This document shows, one piece after another, positions 17,620 to 27,359 of a stretch of 43,939 nucleotides of DNA. How positions within the stretch are numbered: position 1 is the stretch's first letter; the number at the start of each line of letters is the position of its first letter. Below the pieces are notes generated by a model that saw only the letters and a list, made by a program, of their open reading frames with translations, had not been told where the DNA came from and did no database searches. This DNA comes from Candidatus Anoxychlamydiales bacterium (GTDB lineage: Bacteria > Chlamydiota > Chlamydiia > Chlamydiales > SM23-39), in assembly GCA_011065175.1 (NCBI GenBank), contig JAAKFE010000003.1, forward strand, positions 1 through 43,939, written 5' to 3'. A program made the position numbers and the translations under genes.

Positions 17620-19233
17620 ATGGAAAAAGAAAAACTTAAAAAATATCATGAAATGAGTCCCTTTGAAGTTAAAGATATTTTAATTACTTTAGCTAAAGAG
17701 AGTTTCAAAAAAAATGGAAAAGCAAAAGATAAATATCTCAATGCTGGAAGAGGAAATCCTAATTTTTTTAATACCACAGTAAGAGATGCTTTTGCACATT
17801 TTACTTTGTTTGCTAATCACTTTGCTGATGTTCTGAGTCCTTTTGAAGATATCGCTTTTAGATATACTAAAGAAAATCTGTATAAGAATTTTTCAGAATT
17901 TATCAAACGTTCAAAAAAAAATAAGGCTACTGTTTTTTTGGAAAAAGCAATAGATTTTGCTATAAAAAAATTTAAGTTTGATCCAGATAGTTTTCTCTAT
18001 GAACTTGCCGATGCAGCAATTGGTGATTTTTATCCTATGCCGCCTAGAATTTTTCCTAGCGTAGAGAAAATTTCTACGAGCTATCTGCAAAAGATTTTAA
18101 CTCCTGATAATAAACTTCCCGCAGGTAAATTTGATTTATTTGCCACAGAGGGCGCTACTGCTGCAATGATTTATATTTTTAATTCTTTAAAAAATAATAA
18201 AATAGTTAACCCAAAAGATCATATTGCTATCGCTTCTCCAATATTTTCTCCTTATTTAGAAATTCCAATGCTATCTGAGTTCAAATTAGTTGAAGTACTC
18301 ATTAAAGCTGATGAATTCGATTCTTGGCAAATTCCAGATAGTGAACTTAAAAAGCTACTAGATCCTTCTATTAAGGCTTTGTTTTTAGTAAATCCAACAA
18401 ACCCAACAGCTGTAGCTATTAAAGATGAAACTCTTTTCAAAATAGCTCATATAATAAAAAAACACAGAAAAGATCTTATTATTATTGCGGATACGGTTTA
18501 TGCCACTTTTGTAAAGGAATTTCATTCATTTGTTAAAGAAGTTCCTGAGAATACTATTTGTGTTTATTCTTATTCTAAATATTTCGGGGTAACAGGTTGG
18601 AGACTTGGGGTTATTATGCTTCATGAAAATAATGTTCTAGATAAAATTATAAAAAATTTAAGCGAAAAAGATAAAAAAGAAATTGATAAAAGATATATTA
18701 CGATTACTCCAGAGCCTAGAAAAATTAAGTTTATCGATAGATTATCGATGGATTCTAGAGATTCCGCTTTAGCTCATACAGGTGGTCTTTCTTGTCCTCA
18801 GCAAGTTATTATGGCTCTATTTTCTCTATATGAGATCATGGACACAGAAAAAATATACAAAAAAGATATTAGAGATATTTTAAGAAAAAGAATCACAAAT
18901 CTCTATGAGAATCTTGAGATTAAAATACCTATTGAGAAGGGCAATACTTATTATTATACGCTAATTGATTTAGCTGAAGTAGCGCAGACAAAGTATGGTG
19001 AAGATTTTAAAAAATATCTTATAAAAAATGTTGATATCTTAGACTTTTTATTTAAACTTGCCAAAGAAAAATTTATAGTTTGTTTGTCAGGAGATGGATT
19101 TGCAGGACCTAAATGGTCTTTAAGAGTGTCTCTCGCAAATCTTAAAGTTGAAGATTATATAACAATTGGAAAGGCTCTTTCAGATCTTTTAGGAGAGTAT
19201 CATAAAGAGTTTAAGAAAAATAAAAAAACTTAA
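17620..19233 (+). CDS. aspD: Aspartate 4(beta)-decarboxylase / aminotransferase
   Basis: SPFE.KD, LNAGRGNPN, FATEGAT, VNPTNP, PLP motif YSYSKYFG.TGWRLG, HTGGLS.PQQ, RVSLANL. Confidence 0.92.
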   Translation: MEKEKLKKYHEMSPFEVKDILITLAKESFKKNGKAKDKYLNAGRGNPNFFNTTVRDAFAHFTLFANHFADVLSPFEDIAFRYTKENLYKNFSEFIKRSKKNKATVFLEKAIDFAIKKFKFDPDSFLYELADAAIGDFYPMPPRIFPSVEKISTSYLQKILTPDNKLPAGKFDLFATEGATAAMIYIFNSLKNNKIVNPKDHIAIASPIFSPYLEIPMLSEFKLVEVLIKADEFDSWQIPDSELKKLLDPSIKALFLVNPTNPTAVAIKDETLFKIAHIIKKHRKDLIIIADTVYATFVKEFHSFVKEVPENTICVYSYSKYFGVTGWRLGVIMLHENNVLDKIIKNLSEKDKKEIDKRYITITPEPRKIKFIDRLSMDSRDSALAHTGGLSCPQQVIMALFSLYEIMDTEKIYKKDIRDILRKRITNLYENLEIKIPIEKGNTYYYTLIDLAEVAQTKYGEDFKKYLIKNVDILDFLFKLAKEKFIVCLSGDGFAGPKWSLRVSLANLKVEDYITIGKALSDLLGEYHKEFKKNKKT

Positions 19234-19289
19234 TCTTTTTAGAGTTATATAAAATTATTTTTGTTTGACTTATTTTTTTTAATTAAATT

Positions 19290-20282
19290 TTAATCTTTTT
19301 TCAGATTATTTTTATGTTTATGAATCTCGATGTGATGATGTCTAAGTCTGACTTTTCTCCAAAAATGAATTTTTTCTTCAGGGGGATGTTCAAAAATCTC
19401 TATGAATTTTTCTGGTTTCACTTTAATAATATATGAAATGGTCCCTCCAATTATTATTAGAATTGTCCCAATAAAAGAGAGATAACCAGGCATATTTTTA
19501 AAAAATATCCAGCTAAATAGACCTGTAAAAATTATCATAGAATATGAAATTGGAGATAGAAAAGATGCAGTTCCATGCATATACGCTGTTGTAAGAAGTA
19601 ATTGACCTAAAGCCATTAAAGTGCCAATGCTAACTAAAAATAGCCATTGACTATGTGTTGGATCTAACCACTTAATAATAGCAAAAGGCGCTGTGATTAT
19701 AGTAGAGATAAAAAAATAATAAAAAAGAGTTCTTATTAAAGATTCCATCTTTTGATTAAGTAATCTAATCGACACCAAAGCTATTGATCCTAAGATTCCT
19801 GCACTAATCCCAATCAGCGATCCCGCTTTTAAAATCTTTTCTGTTGGTTTTAGAATTAAAGCAATTCCAATAAAGCCTAATACTATAGTCCACCAAATGC
19901 CTTTTTCTATTTTTTTTTCTTTTGTAAAAAGCATCCAAATGATTGGAGTATAAAATGGAGCTGTATATGTGAGTACGGTTGCATCTACTAAATTCAGTTG
20001 CTTTATTGCTAAAAAATAACAAAAAAAGCTGCCAACTCCAGATATTGATCGAACCAAATGCAGTTTTATCAGCTCCGATTTAACTTTATAGAGTCTTTTT
20101 TTTATAAAAATAGGAGCTATAAAAATTACAGATATTATAGATTGCATAAATAAAATCTGTATCGTTGGAATGTTGACATCTAAGCTCCTAACGATTGCAG
20201 CAGCTAATGAAAAACAAAGATAAGCGCCAATAGTTAAAATGATCCCAAATGATAAATTTGGAGATTTTGGAACTACCCCCAT
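19290..20282 (-). CDS. DMT/EamA-family transporter
   Basis: About 10 TM helices in two EamA repeats (AIKQLNLVDATVLTYTAPF, LSPISYS); His-rich tail. Confidence 0.88.
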   Translation of the reverse strand: MGVVPKSPNLSFGIILTIGAYLCFSLAAAIVRSLDVNIPTIQILFMQSIISVIFIAPIFIKKRLYKVKSELIKLHLVRSISGVGSFFCYFLAIKQLNLVDATVLTYTAPFYTPIIWMLFTKEKKIEKGIWWTIVLGFIGIALILKPTEKILKAGSLIGISAGILGSIALVSIRLLNQKMESLIRTLFYYFFISTIITAPFAIIKWLDPTHSQWLFLVSIGTLMALGQLLLTTAYMHGTASFLSPISYSMIIFTGLFSWIFFKNMPGYLSFIGTILIIIGGTISYIIKVKPEKFIEIFEHPPEEKIHFWRKVRLRHHHIEIHKHKNNLKKD

Positions 20283-20425
20283 ATAAAAAACTTCCTCCTA
20301 TTTTTTACATACCCCAAGCTAATATTTTTAGTTAAGATAAATTTTTTGAAAAAAAGCTAGATCTTTTGCATAAAATTCGAGATTAATTTAAAAATAGTTA
20401 CCAAGAACTATAAAAAGGCAAAAAT

Positions 20426-21178
20426 ATGCAATTTGAAAAAAGTAAACTTCAGTGGATTGAATATGATCTTTTAAAAGATCATCCTGTAATAGATGCCAAA
20501 ACCTATCTTCGTCATGGGGGCTCTAGCGAAAATAAATTTTTTAGCTTAAATTTATCAAAGCAAGTAGGGGATTCTCCAGATAGCGTTAAAATGAACAGAG
20601 CTCGGATAAAAGAAGATATTCAAGCTAAAAATCTTGTTTTTGCAAATCAAATTCATTCCAATTATGTTGTAGAAATAACAAAAGATAATATTGATAAACT
20701 ATTCGATTGCGATGCTTTTGTTACTAAAGAAAAAGATATAGCTCTAGCAATTACCCATGCAGATTGTCAGGCAGCGCTTTTTTTTGATCCAGAAAATGAA
20801 ATTATAGCAGCTGTTCATGCAGGCTACAGAGGTCTTATTAAAAATATCTATCAAAAAACGATTGATTTTATGAAAGACAGATTTAACTCAAAACCTCAAG
20901 ATATTTTAGCTTGTATATCAGCATCTTTATGCCCAAAACATGCGGAATTTAAAAATTATAAAAAAGAATTTCCCGAAAATTTTTGGTCTTATAAAAAAGA
21001 TGATTATCACTTCGATCTATGGCAAATAGCTCAAGATCAGTTAAAACAAGCCGGGTTAGATGATAAAAACATAGAACTTGCTAATGAATGTACTTACTGC
21101 AATGAAAAAGATTATTTTTCATTTAGAAAAGATAATAAAACTGGAAGAAATGCAACTGTTATCTGCTTAAAAAAATAA
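20426..21178 (+). CDS. pgeF: YfiH/PgeF family purine nucleoside phosphorylase (laccase-like domain)
   Basis: RHGG.S, SLNL, QIHS, CDAFVT, THADC, AVHAGYRG, CTYC, FSFR...GR. Confidence 0.9.
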   Translation: MQFEKSKLQWIEYDLLKDHPVIDAKTYLRHGGSSENKFFSLNLSKQVGDSPDSVKMNRARIKEDIQAKNLVFANQIHSNYVVEITKDNIDKLFDCDAFVTKEKDIALAITHADCQAALFFDPENEIIAAVHAGYRGLIKNIYQKTIDFMKDRFNSKPQDILACISASLCPKHAEFKNYKKEFPENFWSYKKDDYHFDLWQIAQDQLKQAGLDDKNIELANECTYCNEKDYFSFRKDNKTGRNATVICLKK

Positions 21179-21194
21179 GCTAAAAACATCAGTT

Positions 21195-21452
21195 TTATTT
21201 ATCTGAGCCTTTAATAGGGCCCGTTTCTGACTCTTCGGAGTCTTTTTGTGACGGGCTTACTTCAGTGCATTTACATCCTTCAAAAGTTTCAAAGAATTTT
21301 TCTCCGATCTGTTTAGTTTCAAATGTACACTTACAAGAGTGCCATGAACCCTCAAGCCTTATGAAAAGTTTATAGACTTTTTCAGTAGGATTTGGATTGG
21401 AATCTTGAGCTCTACCACCTACTTGAGGGTTGCCACCTATTGGTTTGACCAT
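21195..21452 (-). CDS. Small CxC-x17-CxC protein A, 85 aa
   Basis: AAGGAG RBS (21461-21466) favours ATG 21452; paralog of 21737..21994. Confidence 0.75.
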   Translation of the reverse strand: MVKPIGGNPQVGGRAQDSNPNPTEKVYKLFIRLEGSWHSCKCTFETKQIGEKFFETFEGCKCTEVSPSQKDSEESETGPIKGSDK

Positions 21453-21497
21453 AGTCAATTCTCCTTGTTTTTTTTTAAGGCAAAGGTTTTCAAGAAG

Positions 21498-21566
21498 TTA
21501 TAATAAACAAATAACTTTAATTTCAAATAAAAAATCATAATTTAATATTTTTAAATATTAATTGCA
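21498..21566 (-). promoter_or_regulatory. Promoter block of CxC protein A, repeated at 22042-22111
   Basis: Minus-strand TTGAAA-N18-TATAAC; the block is conserved upstream of the paralog. Confidence 0.6.
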
Positions 21567-21613
21567 GGGCTGCTTGTTTTTATTGCATTTTCTACAGGTT
21601 TTAACCAAAGAGT

Positions 21614-21736
21614 AGATCTTTTAAAACAAGTAAGATTTTTAATATAAAAATATAGAATTTGCAAATGAATAGACTTACTGCAAAGAAAAAGATTATTTCT
21701 CATTTAGAAAAGAATTAGAAGAAATGCATCTGTTAT
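21614..21736 (+). pseudogene. Decayed duplicate of the pgeF 3' end
   Basis: Matches 21034-21162 (acttactgcaa.gaaaaagattattt.tcatttagaaaaga); the Cys codon TGT has become TAG. Confidence 0.85.
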
Positions 21737-21994
21737 TTAATCCAAGCCGTCAATAGGTCCAGTTTTTGAATCACAGTCGAATATTTGTGGTAATCTTTTA
21801 GGCTTAAGTTTTGTTGCAGTGCAGATGCATCCTTCAAGAGCATAAAGCGTATTTTTTCCTATTTTTGTAATGACAAGTATACATTCACAAGATGGTGTAG
21901 AAGAATTATTCTGTGATAGAACCCTAAATCTCTGTTTTTCAGCAGGAAAAAACGGTTTGGAACCTTGAGTATTACTATCTGTTGGTTTGATCAT
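21737..21994 (-). CDS. Small CxC-x17-CxC protein B, 85 aa
   Basis: AAGGAG RBS; shares M.KP, SCxC, IG, EGCxCT and TGPI.G.D with protein A. Confidence 0.75.
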   Translation of the reverse strand: MIKPTDSNTQGSKPFFPAEKQRFRVLSQNNSSTPSCECILVITKIGKNTLYALEGCICTATKLKPKRLPQIFDCDSKTGPIDGLD

Positions 21995-22040
21995 GAGTTA
22001 TTTCTCCTTAAATTTTTTTTAATATAAAAACTTTTATGAA

Positions 22041-22111
22041 ATTATAACAAGCAGATAGCTTTAATTGCAAATAAAAAATCATGATTTTAATTTTTTAAAA
22101 TAGTAATTGCA
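22041..22111 (-). promoter_or_regulatory. Promoter block of CxC protein B
   Basis: Minus-strand TTGCAA-N18-TATAAT. Confidence 0.6.
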
Positions 22112-22118
22112 TAATTAT

Positions 22119-22967
22119 TTATTTTATAGCGGCTTGCTTTACGACATTTTCAATAGTTCTTAACCAAATAGTCGATTCTTTTCCAAGCTGTTGTACTATA
22201 TAGAACCAAGCAGCGGCTAGCATAGCAAGTCCTACCCAGGATTTCAAAGGTATCCCTAAAAATACGATTTGAACGTTAGGCGCCATTCTATTAGCTATCC
22301 CTAAAAACATCTCAGCCATTAAAACTCCAATCAAAGGAGGCGCTGCTAGTTGAATTGCCATACTAAGTACATAATTTAGAAGTCCAACTAAAAGTTTCCA
22401 TAAAGGTATTTGCATAGAAAAAAAAGCTGGATTGATCAATTTATCTATAGGAAGAAGATGATATGATTTTCCAATAGCATCGATAAAAAAAAAGGGTCCT
22501 CCAATAAAAAAGAAGACAACGATTAAAACGTAGTTATAAAAAATACCAATAGGACCTGTTTGTGAGTTAGTTGTTGGGTCTGTCACTTGCAGAGATTGGG
22601 CTCCTCTCATATGATCGACGAGTGTTCCAGAGGTTTGAGCGATATAAAATGGGATAGTAACTAAAAGTCCTAAAATAAATCCAATGACAAGTTCTTTTAA
22701 AAATAGAGCTACAAATCTTAAATCAAAATAAATCTCAGCATGTAGAGAAAATAAAATTTGAGGAAGCAAAATGAGTAATATTGCAATAGATAGCATCATT
22801 CTAACATTAGCAGGAGCTATTTTAGCACCAAAGAAAGGAGCTAAAAACATAATTGGTATAAGCCTTGCTAAACTTAAAAAAAAAGCAGATAAAACTGTAA
22901 TTGGTTCGAGGTCTGTGAAAGATAAAAGTAGATTTAAATAACTATCTGTTAAACTGACTGCATCCAT
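22119..22967 (-). CDS. sctT: T3SS export apparatus protein SctT
   Basis: LARL.P.M.LAPFFG, KELVIGFILG, G.LVDHMRG, LGIANRMAP.VQI; probable start ATG 22967. Confidence 0.93.
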   Translation of the reverse strand: MDAVSLTDSYLNLLLSFTDLEPITVLSAFFLSLARLIPIMFLAPFFGAKIAPANVRMMLSIAILLILLPQILFSLHAEIYFDLRFVALFLKELVIGFILGLLVTIPFYIAQTSGTLVDHMRGAQSLQVTDPTTNSQTGPIGIFYNYVLIVVFFFIGGPFFFIDAIGKSYHLLPIDKLINPAFFSMQIPLWKLLVGLLNYVLSMAIQLAAPPLIGVLMAEMFLGIANRMAPNVQIVFLGIPLKSWVGLAMLAAAWFYIVQQLGKESTIWLRTIENVVKQAAIK

Positions 22968-22968
22968 T

Positions 22969-23238
22969 TTAAGGGTTCCAAGCAGAGAAATTTTTAAAAA
23001 TAGTATTTGCATACTGAACGATCTGAGCGCTTAGCCAAGGACCGAGTAGCATTAAAGTAATAATAACTGCAAAAAGTTTAACGGTAAAAGAAAGAGTTTG
23101 TTCTTGAATTTGGGTAGCCGCTTGAAAGACAGCAACTAAAAGACCTAAAATCATAGAGATAAGAATTGGAGGGCCAGAGAGCAGTAAAATTAATATCAAA
23201 GCTTGGTAAGTGAGCTGATAAATTTCATTTTGAAACAT
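22969..23238 (-). CDS. sctS: T3SS export apparatus protein SctS
   Basis: GLLVAVFQAATQIQEQTLSFTVKL signature. Confidence 0.96.
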   Translation of the reverse strand: MFQNEIYQLTYQALILILLLSGPPILISMILGLLVAVFQAATQIQEQTLSFTVKLFAVIITLMLLGPWLSAQIVQYANTIFKNFSAWNP

Positions 23239-23248
23239 ATTCTTTATC

Positions 23249-24007
23249 CTATTTAAACGTCAGCATTAGCCCTTGGACTAAAATAGTCCATCCATCGATC
23301 ATCACTAAAAGTAAAAGTTTTATTGGAAGAGCGATAGTAAGTGGCGAAAGCATCATCATTCCCATAGCAAGTAAGATATTAGAGGTAACTAAATCTATTA
23401 CAAAAAATGGCAAATATATAAGAACCCCAATTTCAAAAGCAGCTTTCAGCTGCGACGTTATAAAAGAAGGCATTAAAACGATAAGATCAGTTGGTTGTAA
23501 AGAAGACTTGTAAGGTTCTGGAAACGTCTTTTCAGCGATTTGATAAAAACTTCTAATATTTTTAGGTATTGAGTTTTTTAGTAAAAAAGTTTTAAAAGGC
23601 TCTTTCGCGGCATCGATAATTTCTATAATTTGCTTTGCTGAATCCGATGAAAAAACTGGAACAATAGCAGCCTTATCTATAACTTGCTTAGAGCTATTAT
23701 ACATAGCAACGCCAGTTGGAAACATAACATAAATTGTAAGTAAAAGAGCAAGCCCTGTTAATACTTGATTAGGCGGTGTTTGCTGTACTCCTAAAGCGCT
23801 TCTAAAAAGAGATAAAACTATAATGATTTTCACAAAAGATGTCAGAATCATTATTAAAAAAGGGAGCAAGGCTAGCCCTGCAAGAACAGCTAATTTTGCA
23901 ACCAAGGATGGTTGCTCTGTTGTAGTTGGATCTACTTGAGCAAAAACTTGGCTAGCAAAAATTATTAAAAAAAAAGTAAAAATAAAAGTAGTTTTTTTTA
24001 GTTTCAT
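23249..24007 (-). CDS. sctR: T3SS export apparatus protein SctR
   Basis: ALGVQQTPPNQVL, AFEIG.LIYLPF.VIDLV..NILLAMGMMMLSP, DGW. Confidence 0.96.
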   Translation of the reverse strand: MKLKKTTFIFTFFLIIFASQVFAQVDPTTTEQPSLVAKLAVLAGLALLPFLIMILTSFVKIIIVLSLFRSALGVQQTPPNQVLTGLALLLTIYVMFPTGVAMYNSSKQVIDKAAIVPVFSSDSAKQIIEIIDAAKEPFKTFLLKNSIPKNIRSFYQIAEKTFPEPYKSSLQPTDLIVLMPSFITSQLKAAFEIGVLIYLPFFVIDLVTSNILLAMGMMMLSPLTIALPIKLLLLVMIDGWTILVQGLMLTFK

Positions 24008-24633
24008 AATTTTTTCGTTTTCTCAAAAGATTTAAAAGCCGCTTCAATAGCTCTAAATTGATTTTCTAGTTGCGCATTAATTATACCTTTTTCTGTCTCT
24101 ATTATACAGCCTCCTGGCTCAATATCATCTCGCTCTTCAATAGTAAAAGTATCAGCAATCTGTAAAATCTCTTTTATTTTTTCTTTTTCTTTTTCAATAA
24201 TTTCTAAATCCTCTTTATTTACAAAAATCTTAACTTTTATGTGTTGAGAAATAGGCTTTAGAGCTCCTCTTACTATGTTTACGATAGCTTCCGGATTCAT
24301 TTTAAGTTCTGCAGATACGATCTTTTTAGCAGCTTTAAGAGCAATAGGAAGTACTTTTCCTTCATATTTTTTTGCTAGCTCTTTAGAAGTTTTGTCAAGT
24401 TTTAATATATGTTCATTTAAACTTTTGAGACCTTGATCAAAACCTTCTTTTTTTGCCTCTTCTTTTAATACTTCGCACTCTTTTTTTACTTTTTCTTTAT
24501 AAATAGCTGCATCGTCTATAGCTTTTTGGACAATTTCATTTGCTTCAATTAACTTGGAGAATTCCTCTTTGGGAATTATTTTTTCTCCGGGCTCTGGATG
24601 AATCTCTTCTTTTAAAAACGCAAAAAACTTCAT
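24004..24633 (-). CDS. sctL: T3SS stator protein SctL
   Basis: FliH/YscL-type A..EGF..G repeats and GGCIIETEKGIINAQLE. Confidence 0.93.
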   Translation of the reverse strand: MKFFAFLKEEIHPEPGEKIIPKEEFSKLIEANEIVQKAIDDAAIYKEKVKKECEVLKEEAKKEGFDQGLKSLNEHILKLDKTSKELAKKYEGKVLPIALKAAKKIVSAELKMNPEAIVNIVRGALKPISQHIKVKIFVNKEDLEIIEKEKEKIKEILQIADTFTIEERDDIEPGGCIIETEKGIINAQLENQFRAIEAAFKSFEKTKKL

Positions 24634-25478
24634 AGCTTTTCTTCAATAATATTTATAATTTTCAGAATCTCTAAAGCAATTATATCTGAAGCCTCTTTTT
24701 GCTTTTTAGCTCGACTCTCTTTAAAGATATAATTGCCACGGCCGATATCTAGAGTATGACATACATACCATATCAGATCAATGCTTTCTAAGCTAAGTGC
24801 ATAAGATAATCTTAAAAGACCACATCGATGAAAGGCATTTCTTAGTTTTTTTTTGTCATAGCTATATTTTTCGATATTAATTCTTTTAGTTGAAAAAGGC
24901 TCTTTATAATGCAAAATCTTTTTTAAAATTTTTTTCTCATCTTCTTTTAAATAAGAATAAATTGTTTTTAGTTTTTTCTTTTCAACTATGAATTTCAACT
25001 CTTTTGCAAGATCATACATACCTAAAAAATCAATTAATTTTACAAGAGAGTTTTTCGAAAGCAATAAAAGCTTATTTAATTTAGCATCGAAGAGAAAATT
25101 TATTGGAAGTAAATGATCTTCTTTTTTAATAAGACTTCTAAGGAGCTGCTCTTTTAAAAATGATTTAATGCTTTTGCTTAAATCATTTTGAGTATCTTCT
25201 AATCCCAAAATGTTTTGCAAAGCTTTTTTATTTTGTTTTTTCATTGCAAGCAAGAAAAGAGACGCTTCTTTATTTGAATAAATATTTAACATTGGAATAA
25301 ACCATGAGTAATGCACGCTATCTATGAGAGATTCTTTTGAAAATCTACTCTCTTTTATTTTTGCAAAAGAAGGAAGAGTATTTAAATTTGCGATTTCTAC
25401 ATCTGTTAAATATTTTATAAGTTTTTTATCCTTATCAAAATATTCTAAAAACCTTTTAAAAATTATAGTTTTTTTCAT
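24630..25478 (-). CDS. Chlamydial T3SS cluster protein (CT560/SctK-like)
   Basis: Lies between sctJ and sctL; VHYSW, LIDFLG.YDLA.E and HTLDIGRG motifs. Confidence 0.7.
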   Translation of the reverse strand: MKKTIIFKRFLEYFDKDKKLIKYLTDVEIANLNTLPSFAKIKESRFSKESLIDSVHYSWFIPMLNIYSNKEASLFLLAMKKQNKKALQNILGLEDTQNDLSKSIKSFLKEQLLRSLIKKEDHLLPINFLFDAKLNKLLLLSKNSLVKLIDFLGMYDLAKELKFIVEKKKLKTIYSYLKEDEKKILKKILHYKEPFSTKRINIEKYSYDKKKLRNAFHRCGLLRLSYALSLESIDLIWYVCHTLDIGRGNYIFKESRAKKQKEASDIIALEILKIINIIEEKL

Positions 25479-26317
25479 TTAGATTTTTTAATTTTCTTTA
25501 ATTGAGGATAAAATCTATAAATAAGCCAACCGAGTGATCCTGTAAAAGCAAAAATTATTAAAACTAGAGCAAAGAAGATAAACCTAAATGTTTTTGCAGA
25601 TCCCTTAGTCATAATTATAGACCATATTTTAACATATTCTTTGTCTAATGCTTTTGGGCCAAACATCTGAGAATCTGTCGGTAGGATGATATCTGTAAAT
25701 TTAGATCTATCTGAAATCACATTAACATCATCAAAACTTAAATTATCGATGCTAGATGATACTAATCTTTTTATTTTACTCTCCAAGTGCTGATTTGGAT
25801 CATCAAAAATACCTTGGTGTTTTACATATACTGCAGATTTTAGTTTAGCGGTTTCTGTCTCAGTTAAACCTGTCGATGTAGTTACAGGAAAGGATATTTT
25901 TACATCAGCATCAATAATGCCATCGATTTTTCGAATAGTATTTTCTAATTCTACTTCTAGTCCTGCTTGATATTTTATCGTTTCTTCTTTATCCGTTGTC
26001 ATTAGACCTTGCTGAGCAAAAAGCTCTAAAAGATTTGTTCCTTGAATTCTTGGAAGACCGTTTTCAGTAAGGATTGCCATAGCTTCTACTGATTTATTCT
26101 TATCTACATAGATATCATATGTCACTGTAGCAGTTGCCCCAGCCCCAGCCGCGACAGCTGCTTGAACTTTTTGAGCAGCAATACCTTTAGATGATAAAAA
26201 CACAATAATCTCGTTTGCTTGTCTTTCACTCATGCCACTTGAAATCGATTGATTTTTCTCACAACCCGTTAGAAAAATTGAAATTAAAAAAACAAATAAT
26301 AGTTTTTTCATATACAC
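25475..26317 (-). CDS. sctJ: T3SS inner-membrane ring lipoprotein SctJ
   Basis: Lipobox LTGC, ERQANEI, GLPR, IRKIDGIIDADV, SAVYVKH, C-terminal TM. Confidence 0.95.
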   Translation of the reverse strand: MYMKKLLFVFLISIFLTGCEKNQSISSGMSERQANEIIVFLSSKGIAAQKVQAAVAAGAGATATVTYDIYVDKNKSVEAMAILTENGLPRIQGTNLLELFAQQGLMTTDKEETIKYQAGLEVELENTIRKIDGIIDADVKISFPVTTSTGLTETETAKLKSAVYVKHQGIFDDPNQHLESKIKRLVSSSIDNLSFDDVNVISDRSKFTDIILPTDSQMFGPKALDKEYVKIWSIIMTKGSAKTFRFIFFALVLIIFAFTGSLGWLIYRFYPQLKKIKKSK

Positions 26318-26394
26318 ACTTTTTTTTATGTTACTTTCTATTTATAACATGTTTTGACTTTGAGAAAAATTATTTTTTTTATCTCAAAAAATTG

Positions 26395-27258
26395 TTATAT
26401 TAAAAGCATATCATTAGAAACGAAATTTTTCTCATCAATTATATCAAAAATAGATCTAATAAAATAGCTACTTTGATTTAAAGTTTTCGCAATAAAAACC
26501 ATCTTTTTTTGCTTTTCTAGTAAACTTTTAAAATCCCCAGTTATTTTTCTTATTTGAGAGTCATCTATTATTGAGGTTATTGGAATAATAATTACATTTT
26601 TTCTTTTTTTTACCAAACTTATCTTAAAATCATTAAAATCTTCTGAAAAAAAATGTAAAATTCCTTCGACATATGGAAAAGTTTTTACTATGTTTTGACA
26701 AGAAATTTCACTCTCAAAATAATAAAGTGGGCTAGAGCTCATTGAGCTTTTTGCTAAAAATAAAAAAAATGTATCTTTTTCATCTAAATTATTTTTTTTT
26801 AAAATACTTTTTATAGTTTTTTGAATAGCTTTTGCAAAAATTTGATGTTGTCCGTATGATTTTACCCAGAAAAATTTTTCTACAACATCATCATATAAAT
26901 TTAATGAAAAAAAATTAGCTATTTGATTTAAATCTACATTATATTGAGGATACATAGGAAAAATATAGTATCTATCAGCATTCTCTTTTTGGATCTCTTT
27001 TATAAATAGTTCATGAGACTCTTCTTGATTTAAATAAAAACAGTAGCATTTTTTTTCACTATATTTTGAAATAGATAATATCAATTTATCTAAAATCTCA
27101 TAAACATCTGTTTTATTTTCATCTAAAATTTTTGCTTTTTTTAAAAAGCTTTCTTTTATTTTTTCAAAAAAAGAGAATCTTTTTACTTCTTTAGAGATTT
27201 TTGCATTTTCATCACCAAACGATGCAAAAATATAAACAATTTTTTTGATTCGAAACAT
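26395..27258 (-). CDS. Ferrochelatase-like protein, degenerate active site
   Basis: IFPMYPQY, WVKSY..H and Y..E.E.SCQ.I recall chlamydial HemH, but the FSAHG and SDH.ETL motifs are replaced. Confidence 0.6.
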   Translation of the reverse strand: MFRIKKIVYIFASFGDENAKISKEVKRFSFFEKIKESFLKKAKILDENKTDVYEILDKLILSISKYSEKKCYCFYLNQEESHELFIKEIQKENADRYYIFPMYPQYNVDLNQIANFFSLNLYDDVVEKFFWVKSYGQHQIFAKAIQKTIKSILKKNNLDEKDTFFLFLAKSSMSSSPLYYFESEISCQNIVKTFPYVEGILHFFSEDFNDFKISLVKKRKNVIIIPITSIIDDSQIRKITGDFKSLLEKQKKMVFIAKTLNQSSYFIRSIFDIIDEKNFVSNDMLLI

Positions 27259-27359
27259 TTCTTATCCATATTTGAAGTAAGTAGCATTTCAGTTTTTAAT
27301 AATATTTTCAAATAAAATTCAACTTAAGATAAGATAAAAAGAAAAGAAAAGAAAAATTC

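Noticed and set aside
22119-26317. T3SS genes without ATPase, needle or secretin genes
   Set aside because: Chlamydial T3SS genes are normally split over several loci.
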